Positions 1-11,687 of a DNA stretch of 64,000 nucleotides are shown one piece after another; the stretch's first letter is position 1, and every line of letters begins with the position of its first letter. The DNA comes from Azolla caroliniana. Lineage: Eukaryota > Plantae > Polypodiophyta. Below the pieces are notes generated by a model that saw only the letters and a list, made by a program, of their open reading frames with translations, made no database searches and had not been told where the DNA came from. A program made the position numbers and the translations under genes. The DNA is taken from assembly GCA_043228905.1 (NCBI GenBank), contig JBHGNT010000020.1:12462001-12526000 (forward strand), given 5' to 3'.

Positions 1-675
1 ACCGCTACAACATCATTGAATCTATAAAAAAAATTACATATTAACCATACACATGATTAAATTGGGAGAAGAAAGAATAGAAAAAACAAGAAAGATTACC
101 GAAGTTCCTTTGTTGATCCTTGTCTGCATGAAGGCCAATCGCACGTAGATCGATCGCCATCAATCAAGAACACAAAACACAACAAAAGAAACATTAGAAA
201 ATGAGCTCAAATACCAACTGTTAGAGACATGGACTAATGTAAGCATGAGATAAGGATAGAAAATAGATAAATAGATAGAAAGGAGAGAGAGAAAGAAGGG
301 TGTCGATCCACCCGACCACCCCCGAGCGAAGGGATCGAGACAAACTCGAGCCTCAATTGGCGTCCCATACCACCGTCGTGGCATCGAGTCGTACCTGGTG
401 TTGGCACGCTCGCTACAAGAGTTGACCCACCACAAGACAAAGTCTCGACGTAGTCAACAAGATGATGAAATGAGGGTAGCTAGGCCTCTTATTTATAACG
501 ATACCCAAGACCCCCAGGCAAGTTCACACTTGGCCTAATGGGTTGTCTCAATCCCGAGGATTAAAAGTAATCCTCTCCTTCTTTACACTCTCATTTAACC
601 CTCACACTTATCCACGTGTATAGAATACTACGGTAAATTCTTACCACGGGATATTATATGGTCATGGTCGTAACA
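1..675 (-). mobile_element. 5' end of a Ty3/gypsy LTR retrotransposon (5' LTR 219-675, PBS, start of leader), same family as the element at 57816
   Basis: Reverse complement of 219-675 aligns end to end with 57816-58271. On the minus strand it starts TGTTACG and ends CTCTAACA, followed by a degenerate tRNA-iMet PBS (TGGTATTTGAGC, ~205-216). The leader (1-200) matches 58290-58490. The element runs off the left edge. Confidence 0.9.
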
Positions 676-3056
676 AACGAGGGATGAGGCGAACAGGATC
701 AGGAAGAAGGCGTATCGGTTCTTCCTATGGAATGGGAGTATATGGAGGCATCCGAAGAACAGAAGGGAAGACCAGAAGCCGCTGTTGTCAGTGTACCACG
801 AGAGCCCTTGGGCCAGTCACCGCGAAACGTGGGCCATGTTCAAGAAGCTGAAGGAAAAATAATGGTGGCCAGGAATGTACCATGATGCATATCAATTTGT
901 GGCAACCTACAAAAGTTGTCAGATGCATTCCGCGATTCGGCACACAGACGAGCTTAACAATCGATAACGGTTTGGTTTGGTTTGGTTTAGGTTTAGATTT
1001 TTATTAACGGTTCGGTTCAGTTTCAACAGTAAAAAACGGTGGTTTAAACAATTTAACGGTTTTTTTTTTTAACTTTTAAAAAAAAAACAAAATTAAAAAT
1101 TTTAAAATTTGTTTTTAAACAATCTTTTCATTTTTAGACCTTATTCTCACATTTTAGGAACATCTTAAAATTTGTAAAAAATTGAAAAAATTAAATCTTA
1201 TAAATTTTAAACAATTAAAAATTAAAATTTTGACCTATGTTGAAAACCGAAACCAAACCACGCAACCGCGGTTTTTACGGTTAAATGGTTTAACGGTTTG
1301 AAAAATGTTTCACAGTTTGGTTTAGCGGTTTCATGGTTCGGTTCGGTTCAGGTTTAAAAAAATTTAAACGGTTCAGTTACAAGTCGGTTCAGTCAAGACC
1401 CTCTCAAACCGAACCGAACCGAACCATTGCCGATTGTTAGACGAGCTGCACCCGACCTACCCGCCGACCGTCCATTTTAAATGGATGGTGAACTTACTGA
1501 TGGTGCCGATGGGAGTGGGGCAAATGCAGTACCTGGTGCTTGCGTGGGAGGACCAAACGAACCATGTGGAGGGTCATGCATTGCAAAACAAAACGATTGT
1601 GGCCGTATGCCGGTTCTTAATCGAAGAGCTGGTTTGTCGATACGGATGCGTGGGGAAGATCGTGGCTGACCGGGGAGAACTAGACGCGTAAGAAGTCGAA
1701 GAGTTGTTCGGTCGGTTGGGGGTAAATCTCTCTCTCACTACGGGGTACAATCCAGAGGCGAACAAAAAGGCAGAACACGGACATGGGCCGATCGTGAAGG
1801 CGTTAGTACGAGCGTGTGAGGGACGAGTCGAGAATTGGCCGCAGCTCCTACCTTACGCACTGTGGGCGTACCGAACCACGCATAATTCGGTGACCGGGTT
1901 TATGCCAGCAAAGCTTATGTACGGGCAGAAGCCGATCATGCCAATGGAGTAGATGATCTCTTTGTGGGCGGCAATCGATTGGGCGGACGAAATGAGTCGG
2001 GAGGAGCTATTGGCGGCGCAAATTCGCCAACTCGAGCAGAGACCGGAGGACGAGGAACGGGCAAAGGCGAAATTGTACATGGAGCGGAAGAAGAACAAGG
2101 ACCAGTTTGATCGGACACACCGGCGGAGACCGAAGAAGATCGAGGAAGGCGATTGGGTGTTGGTTTACGACAACAGCCTCGACAACGAGCATAAGGCAAC
2201 ACGGAAATTCACAAGGACATGGTTCGGGCCCTACGTGATGACGAGAGCAAACGACAATGCCACGTACCATCTCGCAGAGCTCGACGGAACACGGATGGTG
2301 ATACCGGTTGCGAGAAAGCGGATAAAGGCATTCAAGAAACAGTACGAGGATGAGTCGGACCCGGGTAGCGAGGATGAGAATGACGGGACGGAAAGAGCAA
2401 ACGAAAATGGGGAGGTCGCCGGATCAGAAGACGACAAGTGACGAGTGGCCGGTTCGCCCCCATATCTCTCCCTCTCTCTCGACACGTACCGATGGACGTG
2501 CGGTTTGGTGGGGGTCGATGTCGTGAGGAAAACTGGCTACAAGAAGAAATAAAGACCAAAGGAGTATGAACCACCACGTGCACGGATGCACGCAAATCAT
2601 TATATATATATATACTTGTAGATGACCTAGGACTAGGCTAGGTTGGCGTGATGTAGGAAACTTTAATAGGACAAATTAAATACATGAATAAATCTAGGTG
2701 AATCTTTGTCTCAAACGGCAGAGATTAACTACTTGATGTAACCGCCCTCTCTCTCCTTGGTTTATAAAAGGAGGGAGAGAGGACTGAGTTAAGGATCGCG
2801 TTTAAGAAGAACGAAGTGTCGTCGGACTGGGAACCGAGCATTGTTCACTGTTTTATCCTCTGTAGGAGTTTTTTTGTCGGACGCCTCTGCTCGCGTAGGA
2901 AGCCATGTGCTCCCAACAGAGGCTCCACATTGTATTTCGGTGTTTTGTGTGTGTGTGTGGATGATCGCAACCCCCCCCCCCCCCTTCGTAAGCCCTTCAG
3001 TCTGAGGCCCCCATGGTCCCGCCTAGATTCACACGCATACGCGAAGATACGCGACA
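676..3056 (+). mobile_element. Decayed Ty3/gypsy retrotransposon 3' half (integrase pseudogene, PPT-like tract, 3' LTR ~2519-3056)
   Basis: Integrase HHCC region (YHESPWASH...WWPGMY...YKSCQMH) at ~790-950. Core (CRYGCVGKIVADRGE, YNPEAN, LPYALWAYRTT) and GPY motif (WFGPYVM) continue to 2441, with in-frame stops at 1689 and 1950. G-rich tract at 2502-2514, then LTR TGTCG...CGACA with a TATA box near 2763. Confidence 0.85.
955..1439. mobile_element. Non-autonomous hAT-like DNA transposon (MITE), 485 bp
   Basis: 8-bp TSD GACGAGCT (947-954 and 1440-1447). Imperfect ~34-bp TIRs (TAACAATCGATAACGGTTTGGTTTGG... / ...CCGAACCGAACCATTGCCGATTGTTA). Subterminal GGTTC/AAACCG repeats and an AT-rich core. 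Removing it rejoins the integrase frame (RHTDEL|HPTYPP). Confidence 0.9.
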
Positions 3057-3259
3057 GTGGGCCAAGAGGGTGTGCGTCAAGACAAAACAGTAACAAGACC
3101 CAAGGGGGACACCAAGGCGGATAGCACTGGCGCAAATGTCGGCATGATGGGACGAAACGAGAGGCGTGTAGCACGGCCACATAATGTCATGATATGGCAA
3201 GACTTGAACCCATGACCTTATGTTATATGGGTCGAGCTCTTGACCATTATACCATCTAT

Positions 3260-3585
3260 TGTAATACATAGGATATTATTTTCATTTAAGTTTTATTATA
3301 GGAAATTAATGTATATTCCAGATTTCTCTAGAACATTCTAGAAGCTTCAGGATTATTCCTGAGAACACTATAAAAGAAGGCACTAGGCATTATTTTGAAC
3401 CAAATTGGTTCAACGCCAGTCTTAAGCCTCATAGCCCTTTTGTACTTATTCTTCACATAATATAGATCCTCTGTTATCATCATCATCTCTCTCTCTCTCT
3501 CTCTCTCTCTCATCCTCGCTATCTCTCTCTCTCTCCTCTTCTCTCTTCCTCTCTCGGGAGTCTCCACCCAAATTGGTGCCCTTGA
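3260..3585 (+). mobile_element. Possible relic LTR with PBS-like site
   Basis: TG start at 3260, TATAAAA at 3369, CT-rich downstream part, CA at 3569-3570 followed by AAT-TGGTGCCC. No partner LTR or coding region found. Confidence 0.35.
3315..3375 (+). promoter_or_regulatory. Extended heat-shock element array abutting a TATA box
   Basis: Perfect aGAAcaTTCtaGAAgcTTCa at 3330-3349, extended both ways by in-phase pentamers (TTC 3316, GAT 3321, CTC 3326, GAT 3351, TTC 3356, GAG 3361). TATAAAA at 3369-3375. Confidence 0.6.
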
Positions 3586-6346
3586 CTAATTAAGGTTGTA
3601 AAATAATAACCAACAAAATGTGTGCAAAGTTGTGAAAAGGCAACAACAAAGATTATATCTTGTAAACCAAAAACAACAAGAGGGCTACTCCATAGACATG
3701 GTTGTCGTTGTTATGAGCAATATGATAGAAAGTGTAGTGACAAGCGTGAGGGTTGTGATGATAAAAGATGGTGTATTTTCTATGGACTTGGTTATGATAA
3801 GATTAAGGATAATGATGAGGGTGAGGGTGAGGGTGAGGGTGAGGGGATGGTGATAAGGGATTGTGTGTTTTAGGTTGGATTGGCTTTCTTCATGATAGAT
3901 GTTATGAAAATAAGGATTTGAGAAAATCAAAAGGTGATAATCATGAGGGGTTTCATTATGAAAATGGAATAGGGGTTTGCGATGATGAGGACTTTGTATA
4001 AAAGTAGGTTGATGATGATGTTGTGGGTTTCTATAATGAACTCAAGGGTATAAGATAGATAATCTAGATTGTGTACATTCAAATAAGGTCAACATCATCC
4101 AATATCATGGAAAACATATTTTTGTGCGTATTTCAAAAAGCTGCTTATCCTTACTATGTTCTTATTCAAATTCTATTTTAATCATATTTGTGAATATTTC
4201 CTACACAATCAAAGTTGTTATTTAACGAAGCATTTATTAATGAGATGTATCTAGATGAAAAATCTTGAATCTTGATTAAGACAACATGAATCACCTCGTA
4301 TTATGTCAAAAATATGTACCGATGTATGCATGTGTTGGTTTAATTAGATTCTTCAAAGGATTGGTATGAAAAGTCATCAACTGCCATAAATGAGAATCAT
4401 TGTACATCGAAATTCGAGGGTGATTTATATCTACATTGACAAATTGAAAACTTAAAGGCTTGTAATAAGAAGAGTTTTGAAAGTAAAATATAGTAATCTT
4501 AAGTATATTATAAAGACACACCAAATATACATATCATAATGATCATGGTGTCTTGGAATCCTTGCACTGAAATCAATGGAATTCAGATATAGGCCATTTG
4601 CAATAAGCGAATTGGTGACCCTCTTTAAACATGTATAACTATAATGTTATCTCTACGTAACAATGCATTTGTTCATGGAATTCGGATATATGCAAATTCG
4701 CATATTAGTGTAAGATAGATCATTTGCTATGAGTGAATTGGTGACATGATATTTTTAACAATATCTGATTTTGAATCAAATTGTTTTCTAATTGATAGAC
4801 AATACAAATTGGAATAGAATCTTTGATTTTTTTAATTTGGCAAAAGAGTGGAAACTTTATTGCAAATGGATTCAACGGAGCCTTGAGATGATCATTTAAT
4901 TGAATATTAATGTTAAATTGTTTACTTTTCGACGTAAGTTTGCTGCTAAGTTTGATTATGGATACATAGCGATATTTTTAAACTACAAGGGGAAGAGTAA
5001 ATAATTGGTCTTTAATGCAAGGGTTCAATACTCTAGAAGTTTGTTTGCATCTATTATGTTTTTTCTGCTATCCCAAATGTGATTAATAGTTGGTATCTCA
5101 CTTTTTGAGCCTTATTCTTCTAAGTGTCTTGTGCAAGAACAAAAAAATTACGTACAAATAAGATGTGGGTTGTTTTCAATTGCACCTTCGTAGTTCTAGA
5201 TATTGTTGTATTTAAGATATCTTTGATAATATTCCAATAACTATTTACGTTGATCTTCATAACTAAAGTTAAATGTACATGACTCTCGTAGGAATGTCTT
5301 TGATTGTAGTTTAATGTTCAATCATGTGTGTGCTTATCTCTTATTTTTAACATAACCGCCTTTATTTATTTCCTAAAACTAGCATGACCCTACACTCTCA
5401 TAATGTACCAATATTTTTACTTATTGGAGAGAGCAAAGAACACTTTGATTATAATCCATGTATACTCTTCTTTTATTTCTCCACCCACATGAGATGGGTT
5501 AGGTTAGAGACAACTATCTCTATCCATTATTGCTCTAATTTTTGACGTACATCCTAATATTCCTTGATTATTGATCATTTTTCTAATTACAATATTATTG
5601 CAAGAATATCAAAACACAACCTTTTCATGAGATGTGAAATGCACGTGTAGGGACCTCAGCTCCGACCTAGAGAGAATGCGAGATTAGATAGGTAGATAGC
5701 TTTTATTGGCGTGCTTGAGGTCAAATATGACATATGGTACCAAATGTCCCTAAACACCCCCATACAAGTTACCTTTATGTTAGCAAACATTATTACGAAC
5801 ACCTAAAAGGGTTTATTGTAACGACTACAATAAGGAGATTAATTGTTTTTAACTTTGCCATGTTGTGTCAATATATACTCTACTTTACAATCTAATATAT
5901 GCATTGTTGTTTTTATGGACAATATATGTTGCTTTACTATATGTGTCACTTTTACGAACCACGAGAGATAGAGATAGATCGATTTTATTATCGCCTTGGT
6001 CGGTCAAATGTGATCCGTGGGACCAAAAGTGATACATTTCCAATGAATAATGTGGAGTTGAGTGGTGACCCTCAATGTTCCAGAGTTTTAATAATGGTTG
6101 TTGTGATATATGAGAGCGTGCATTGTGATTGTGAGACAAATATGTGTACGAGACGAATGTTGGTAGGGATTGAACCAGTTTAGCAATGTGCGGAAAACCT
6201 ACTCAAATGTGGTCAAAGGTTGAGTCTTGTATTGGAGAGGGATGTTAAGAAAGTATGGGGTTCTTCTAAATGATAAATATCTTTTTAACATCCATGAGAG
6301 ACCAATTATGAGTTGTGAGATGGAGCCCAGTCCATGGCAAGGATCG

Positions 6347-6387
<41 letters not shown>

Positions 6388-8794
6388 TGGGGGGAACCCA
6401 ACCAATGAATAGAGAGAGCACCTAATCCATGACGAAGCATTTTGTGTGCCCTTCAATAATTTGCATTAGTGTAGTCCAAATCTTAAATATTTTGCTGATT
6501 TCAAAATATATCAAAAAATTTCACTCAATGTTTTAAATGACCAAACACATGTTTCTTAGTAACACTGTGTTTCCAAGAAGATACAATTTACTAGTTGCAA
6601 GTGTAAATTAGAAGCACTTCAATGCAAATATATACTAGCCGTTAAACATGTCACATATACGTATTTCATTTCTTCATTTAGGCCTAAATTCTATAATCCA
6701 TGTTCAAATTTAGAGACTCACAATGGAACTTGCCAATTATTTAATGACATCTACTTAGGTATACCCATTTCCACAACTCTACTAAAGTATGTGTGCATAA
6801 ATTTCCTTCATTTACAAACCATGAAGAACTCTAGAACCCACCCAAATTTTTCTAATGCCTGGCTTGAAGTTCGTACTAAAAACTAGTTTTCATTGAGTTT
6901 TGATGCCAATCATCTTTCTTCGTTTATAAAATTTGATGAGATGAGATGAGATGACTGATGAAAAATAGTTCGAGGTAGGATAGAGAAACATGCTTTCTTT
7001 CACATTGTATGGCAAGTAGCATCGTTGATACAATAAATGTGAGTTGTAGTTAAACAACATCGCCTTTTATGGCTACTCATTTGAAATCTTATCGCATGGA
7101 GATTTGATGAGGAGGTAGTATAGTAAATGCATCTTCATATGTACAGAACGGTAAGTATGATGAGATACATCATGAGGTTTAAATAAATTAGATACCATTA
7201 CTTGTAGCGATGGAATCCCTCCTTGAAAGGTTGTGAGATGGTGTGCCAACAAATCTTCTTCTGTCCAAGTACTTTACCCACTATTTTCTATCCATCCAAA
7301 TGCATGGTATATGTTCATTTCTAAGGTATGCTATAAAGGCAAACCTTTTTTACATTTAACACAATGATGATCATCAATATGGTGCATGATACAATAAACA
7401 CAATATGTATACAAAATATACCATCATCTTATATGACATTGTCATCCCATGTGTTTGTGTCTAGATAAACGATGACGAGAAGGTAGAAAATATGCACCTT
7501 TACACGTACAAAATGGTAAATATTTTTTCAGTGTCAAGCCATTTTGACAAATAGTATGACTTTAACAATATGAGAGTTAGAAAAAGGTAACGTCATTCCA
7601 AGAAAGGGTGTGTCTCCTCTCGTTATGGTGGTATCTATAAGTTCAATATTGGTCATCCATATTTTTCACCTAGATGATAATTTCTTAGACATGGTTGGTA
7701 TAAATAAATAACTCTTTTATATTTTAACATTTATGTAATCGTATAGATATATGATCATCTTTTATGACCTAGGTATCACAAGTGCATGTTGTGAAGATAT
7801 CAAGATGAGGAGACATAATGAATGCATCTAAGAGGAGCCATGATTAGAGTGGTGAATGTAGCATATCATTTGATATCATGACATAATAGAGAATATGTTG
7901 AAGGACCGAAATTTCATTTAACGTATACTATATTTTGTACAATGTCTATGATCATCATACCAACTATGCATGAATGCAACATAGTAACAAATAAATACAT
8001 CGTCATCTTACTCACTGTACACGGTAACCCAAGGTAATATCATGTTAAAGAAGTACATGGTGTATAGTGTTATACTTGATATGTAACGCACCATAGGAGT
8101 GGTAAAAAGCCAATTTTGCCATAAATGTTCATATTGCTTAAAAGATAAAGATAAGGTAATAATTCTTATCGAGAAGTTATTTCAATGCATCGAAAATGGA
8201 ATGCATACACCTATGAAGACGAGGAATGATATGTTGGCACATCTACTTTTGACAGTAAATCCATAAGCAATTGTAGAGGGTTTAATTGAGCTCATGATGA
8301 GGAGAAGTGTTGTCTTCTCTCCCTTGAGTTTACATTATTCTAATGTGTCTTTTATATTTATTCAGGCACATTGAACCTCCATATTGAACAAGTAAAGACA
8401 TTGGTTCTTCATTCACCTTCCATATTTAACGTACTTTCAAATGGGTGGTTTTTATTTCAATGCTCATTCTAATTCGATACTCAAGTTTTTTTTATGTATA
8501 ATCAAATATTGTTTGAAAATTTTGTGATTGGTTTATGTAGTGTTTACATGCAAATGTTTACACATGTATTTAGAACTATGGCATGTGTTTATAGCATTAA
8601 ACCATCAAAATGAGCTCAAGAACTATGTGAATAAATTAGGTATGTTGGATTATGTTTATATCCAACTGTACGATGTGACTTTGTAGTATCCACGAAAATC
8701 TTCTTTGAAATAGTATCCCATCATATGGGTCCAAATGTGTGCGTGTGTGTAGATCATGATATATTTTTGAAAATCCATATGGTTTAAAGACATA

Positions 8795-9272
8795 AGAGTG
8801 GCTACGATGGGCAACCTTGACTGGGGAAGATGTTCATGCCAAAAGGGTGACTCTGTGCAAGTATGTATTCATGCTAACACAAGCAAAGAGTGGCTACATT
8901 GGAAGGTCCGTGTCTAGGAAGATGTTGATGATAGAAGGGATCGTGACACAAGTGCATAATCACGCTAACACCCAAAAAGAGAGGCTACGATGAGGGGTCC
9001 TTACCTACAAAGATGTTGATGCTAGAAGATCCAACTCAATGCAAGTACGTCTAACACCAAGCAAAGAGTGGTTAAGATGAGGGGGTCTTTATCTTGAACG
9101 AGGTTGAGAGATATGTTTTACGTGTTGATTTCAACATAAATATGTAATTGCATGAGTCATCCTAACACCAAGCAAAGAGTGGTTAAGATGAGGGGGTCTT
9201 TACCTTGAATGAGGTTGAGAGATATGTTTAACGTGTTGATTTCAACATAAATATGTAATTGCATGAGTCATC
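8795..9272. repeat. Degenerate ~90-bp tandem repeat ending in a near-perfect 111-bp duplication
   Basis: AGAGTGG(C/T)TA anchor at 8795, 8887, 8978, 9065 and 9176. 9051-9161 is nearly identical to 9162-9272. Confidence 0.8.
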
Positions 9273-11687
9273 CTTCTTGGATTAACATAACATTTATTGT
9301 TGATTTATTATAGCGACTTTCCATCATATGATGTAGCAATAGAATGATGAAGTTGATGGAATAAATTAGTACACATCAACAATCAAGATTGTAATCATTA
9401 CCACTTGTAGGGCTGTAGGAAGATGGGGTGGGCATGCCAAATCCCTATAGACCAATTTGGGGTATAGATTTAAACATGAATTGTACAAAGGGAGACTAAC
9501 ATATGTTGGATTAACCAACACTTGTAGTTTCCAATTTGTACATCCCTAGAATAAGGGAATCATCCATTTCCTAAGAATATAATTGCTTCCTTGGATGTCA
9601 TCAATGTCAACTTCCAAGGTATGATCCAAACATCTCAAAAATGATATTTGACAATGATGTTTAGTGATAGCTTTGGCTACATACCGACTTCAACAAACTC
9701 CTCTTTCTAATGAACATTTGTAGACTTGTGCTCATGTTATATGTACTTGGAATAATCTATTTACAAATAACTGTTGGACAATTTAACTTGCTCTTGTGTG
9801 GTTGAATCAAGTGGCAATCCTCCAAAATCATGATAATAAAACATCAAGTTTTATGACCCAAAACAAGAAAAAGTTCGTAAGTATTGCTACCATGATGGTG
9901 GTGGAAAGGTTATGCTACACATTTGGATTATGTCAATATGTTAGGTGCCACTTTGGCATTGTGTTAAGTTGAATACAATAATCAGTAGTTGAACCACCAA
10001 ACAAAGAATGCTTTATGTGAAACCTCATAAAATGTTTGTTTGAATTCCAAAGTTTCGTCAAAGGTAAGATCTTTGATCCATTGTAAGGACACTCTATGTG
10101 AGTCGTAAGGTGTATCTACATATAGACACACTATGATAGAGGCATGTTGCATTTTCTACATAAAATCTAGAAAGGTTTGTGAAGTGTGCATCCAAAGTAT
10201 TCACTACGTGTGTTAGTGTTATAATGCTTAGTCTCATAATATGCCAAGATGGAATGGGCATGGTAATTTACTTGGACAATGATTATATATATAGTTGTAG
10301 TTATAGTTATTTATTTCCTTCTTTGAGATTGGTGAATTTAGTGTGGATTTCTTGCTATTATGAGTCGCACATTATACAACATAATATCTTACGAAGTTGT
10401 GAGCACTCCATGAACACTTGTTGGAATACTATTGCATTTCATGTCATGGAAGCACGTGCGTTGACGTAAATGGCCTATATGACAATAATACATGCAGCTT
10501 GAGATATCATCATGTAATTTTGATGAGGCACAAATTCGAGTAACAACTAGATCGTGAGGATAAATATCTTGTAAAATACCAAGCCTTTATGTTATTCGCA
10601 GGTTTGATGTATTGCACTGTTGCTAATATTTTTGTATGATATGCATTGCACTTTTGTTTCAATTTGGATAACATGTATGATACACCTAGATTATATTAGA
10701 ATGTCATAAAAGTGTGCTTAATTGATGCATTCCAGATAGGGAATCGTAATCATGATGTAACGATGGGCCTTGCTCGAATGAGAGAAAGATCAAATATCGT
10801 TGAGCATTCAAGTGTGCAACTGTATTTTATCATACATTTTCTTGGATGTTCATTAGTATTATGGCTTGGTGCTTTACCCACAAAAACGGTCAAACATGGT
10901 CGGTCTTTCACATGTTTTGTTTTATAAAAAACATGATGTTTGGTTCTTAAATCTAAGGTCATGGGTTCAATGTCTAATGTTACATTCATTGGGCTTAAAC
11001 ATTCATATTTTAACTTTGAGGCCATAAGACTTACTTATAACTAGTAGTTTTCACCTTAAAATAGTGCTTTAAATATCCACGAAATTTATATTCACTTCGA
11101 ATAAACATCACGATAACGCTTTTCTCCTAAAAAAATGGCTTTACAAACTTTGGATCAAACTCATAAACTCTTATTTGTACATCATCAAGACCATTCTAAT
11201 AATCAACAACCATCTTACACTTTAAAATTTCCAAGATCCCAAGCGTTGAGAATGATGGAAATGTCTTATATGCGGACAATGGTTCGGCCATGATACGTCA
11301 ATCATGCAATGTTCTGGCGAGATACACAAAACTCGAACATATACTTTGACAAGGATAGTTGATGCCGATGACAGTCATCATCAATCATCAAAAAGTAGGA
11401 CAAACATTTTAGGCTACTATAAGTGAGTTGATGGTTGATTGTTGTAGAAAGTATTTCTTGTCGACAAGCATGTGGCAAGCAAACCGATGATGATGTTTCA
11501 TTGCGTGGGTATGCCCCCCCCCCCCCCCCCCCCCAAAAAAAAACATAGAAGGGGATAGTGGGCAGAAATGAACCTCGATTGCGAAGCAGGATTGTTGCTA
11601 ACTTTTGGATATAATTTGAAGTTCTCATTAGATAAGGATCTGATTCGTATCGAAGCAATAAGTCCTAGGCCCACGTGGTAGTATGTG

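Noticed and set aside
3620-3930. Short ORFs with RV/EG/TL repeats
   Set aside because: Derived from (GTGAGG)n low-complexity sequence with no domain.
11513-11543. Poly-C/poly-A run as a regulatory G-quadruplex
   Set aside because: Simple homopolymer of unreliable length. Similar runs occur at ~2971 and ~20767 with no functional context.
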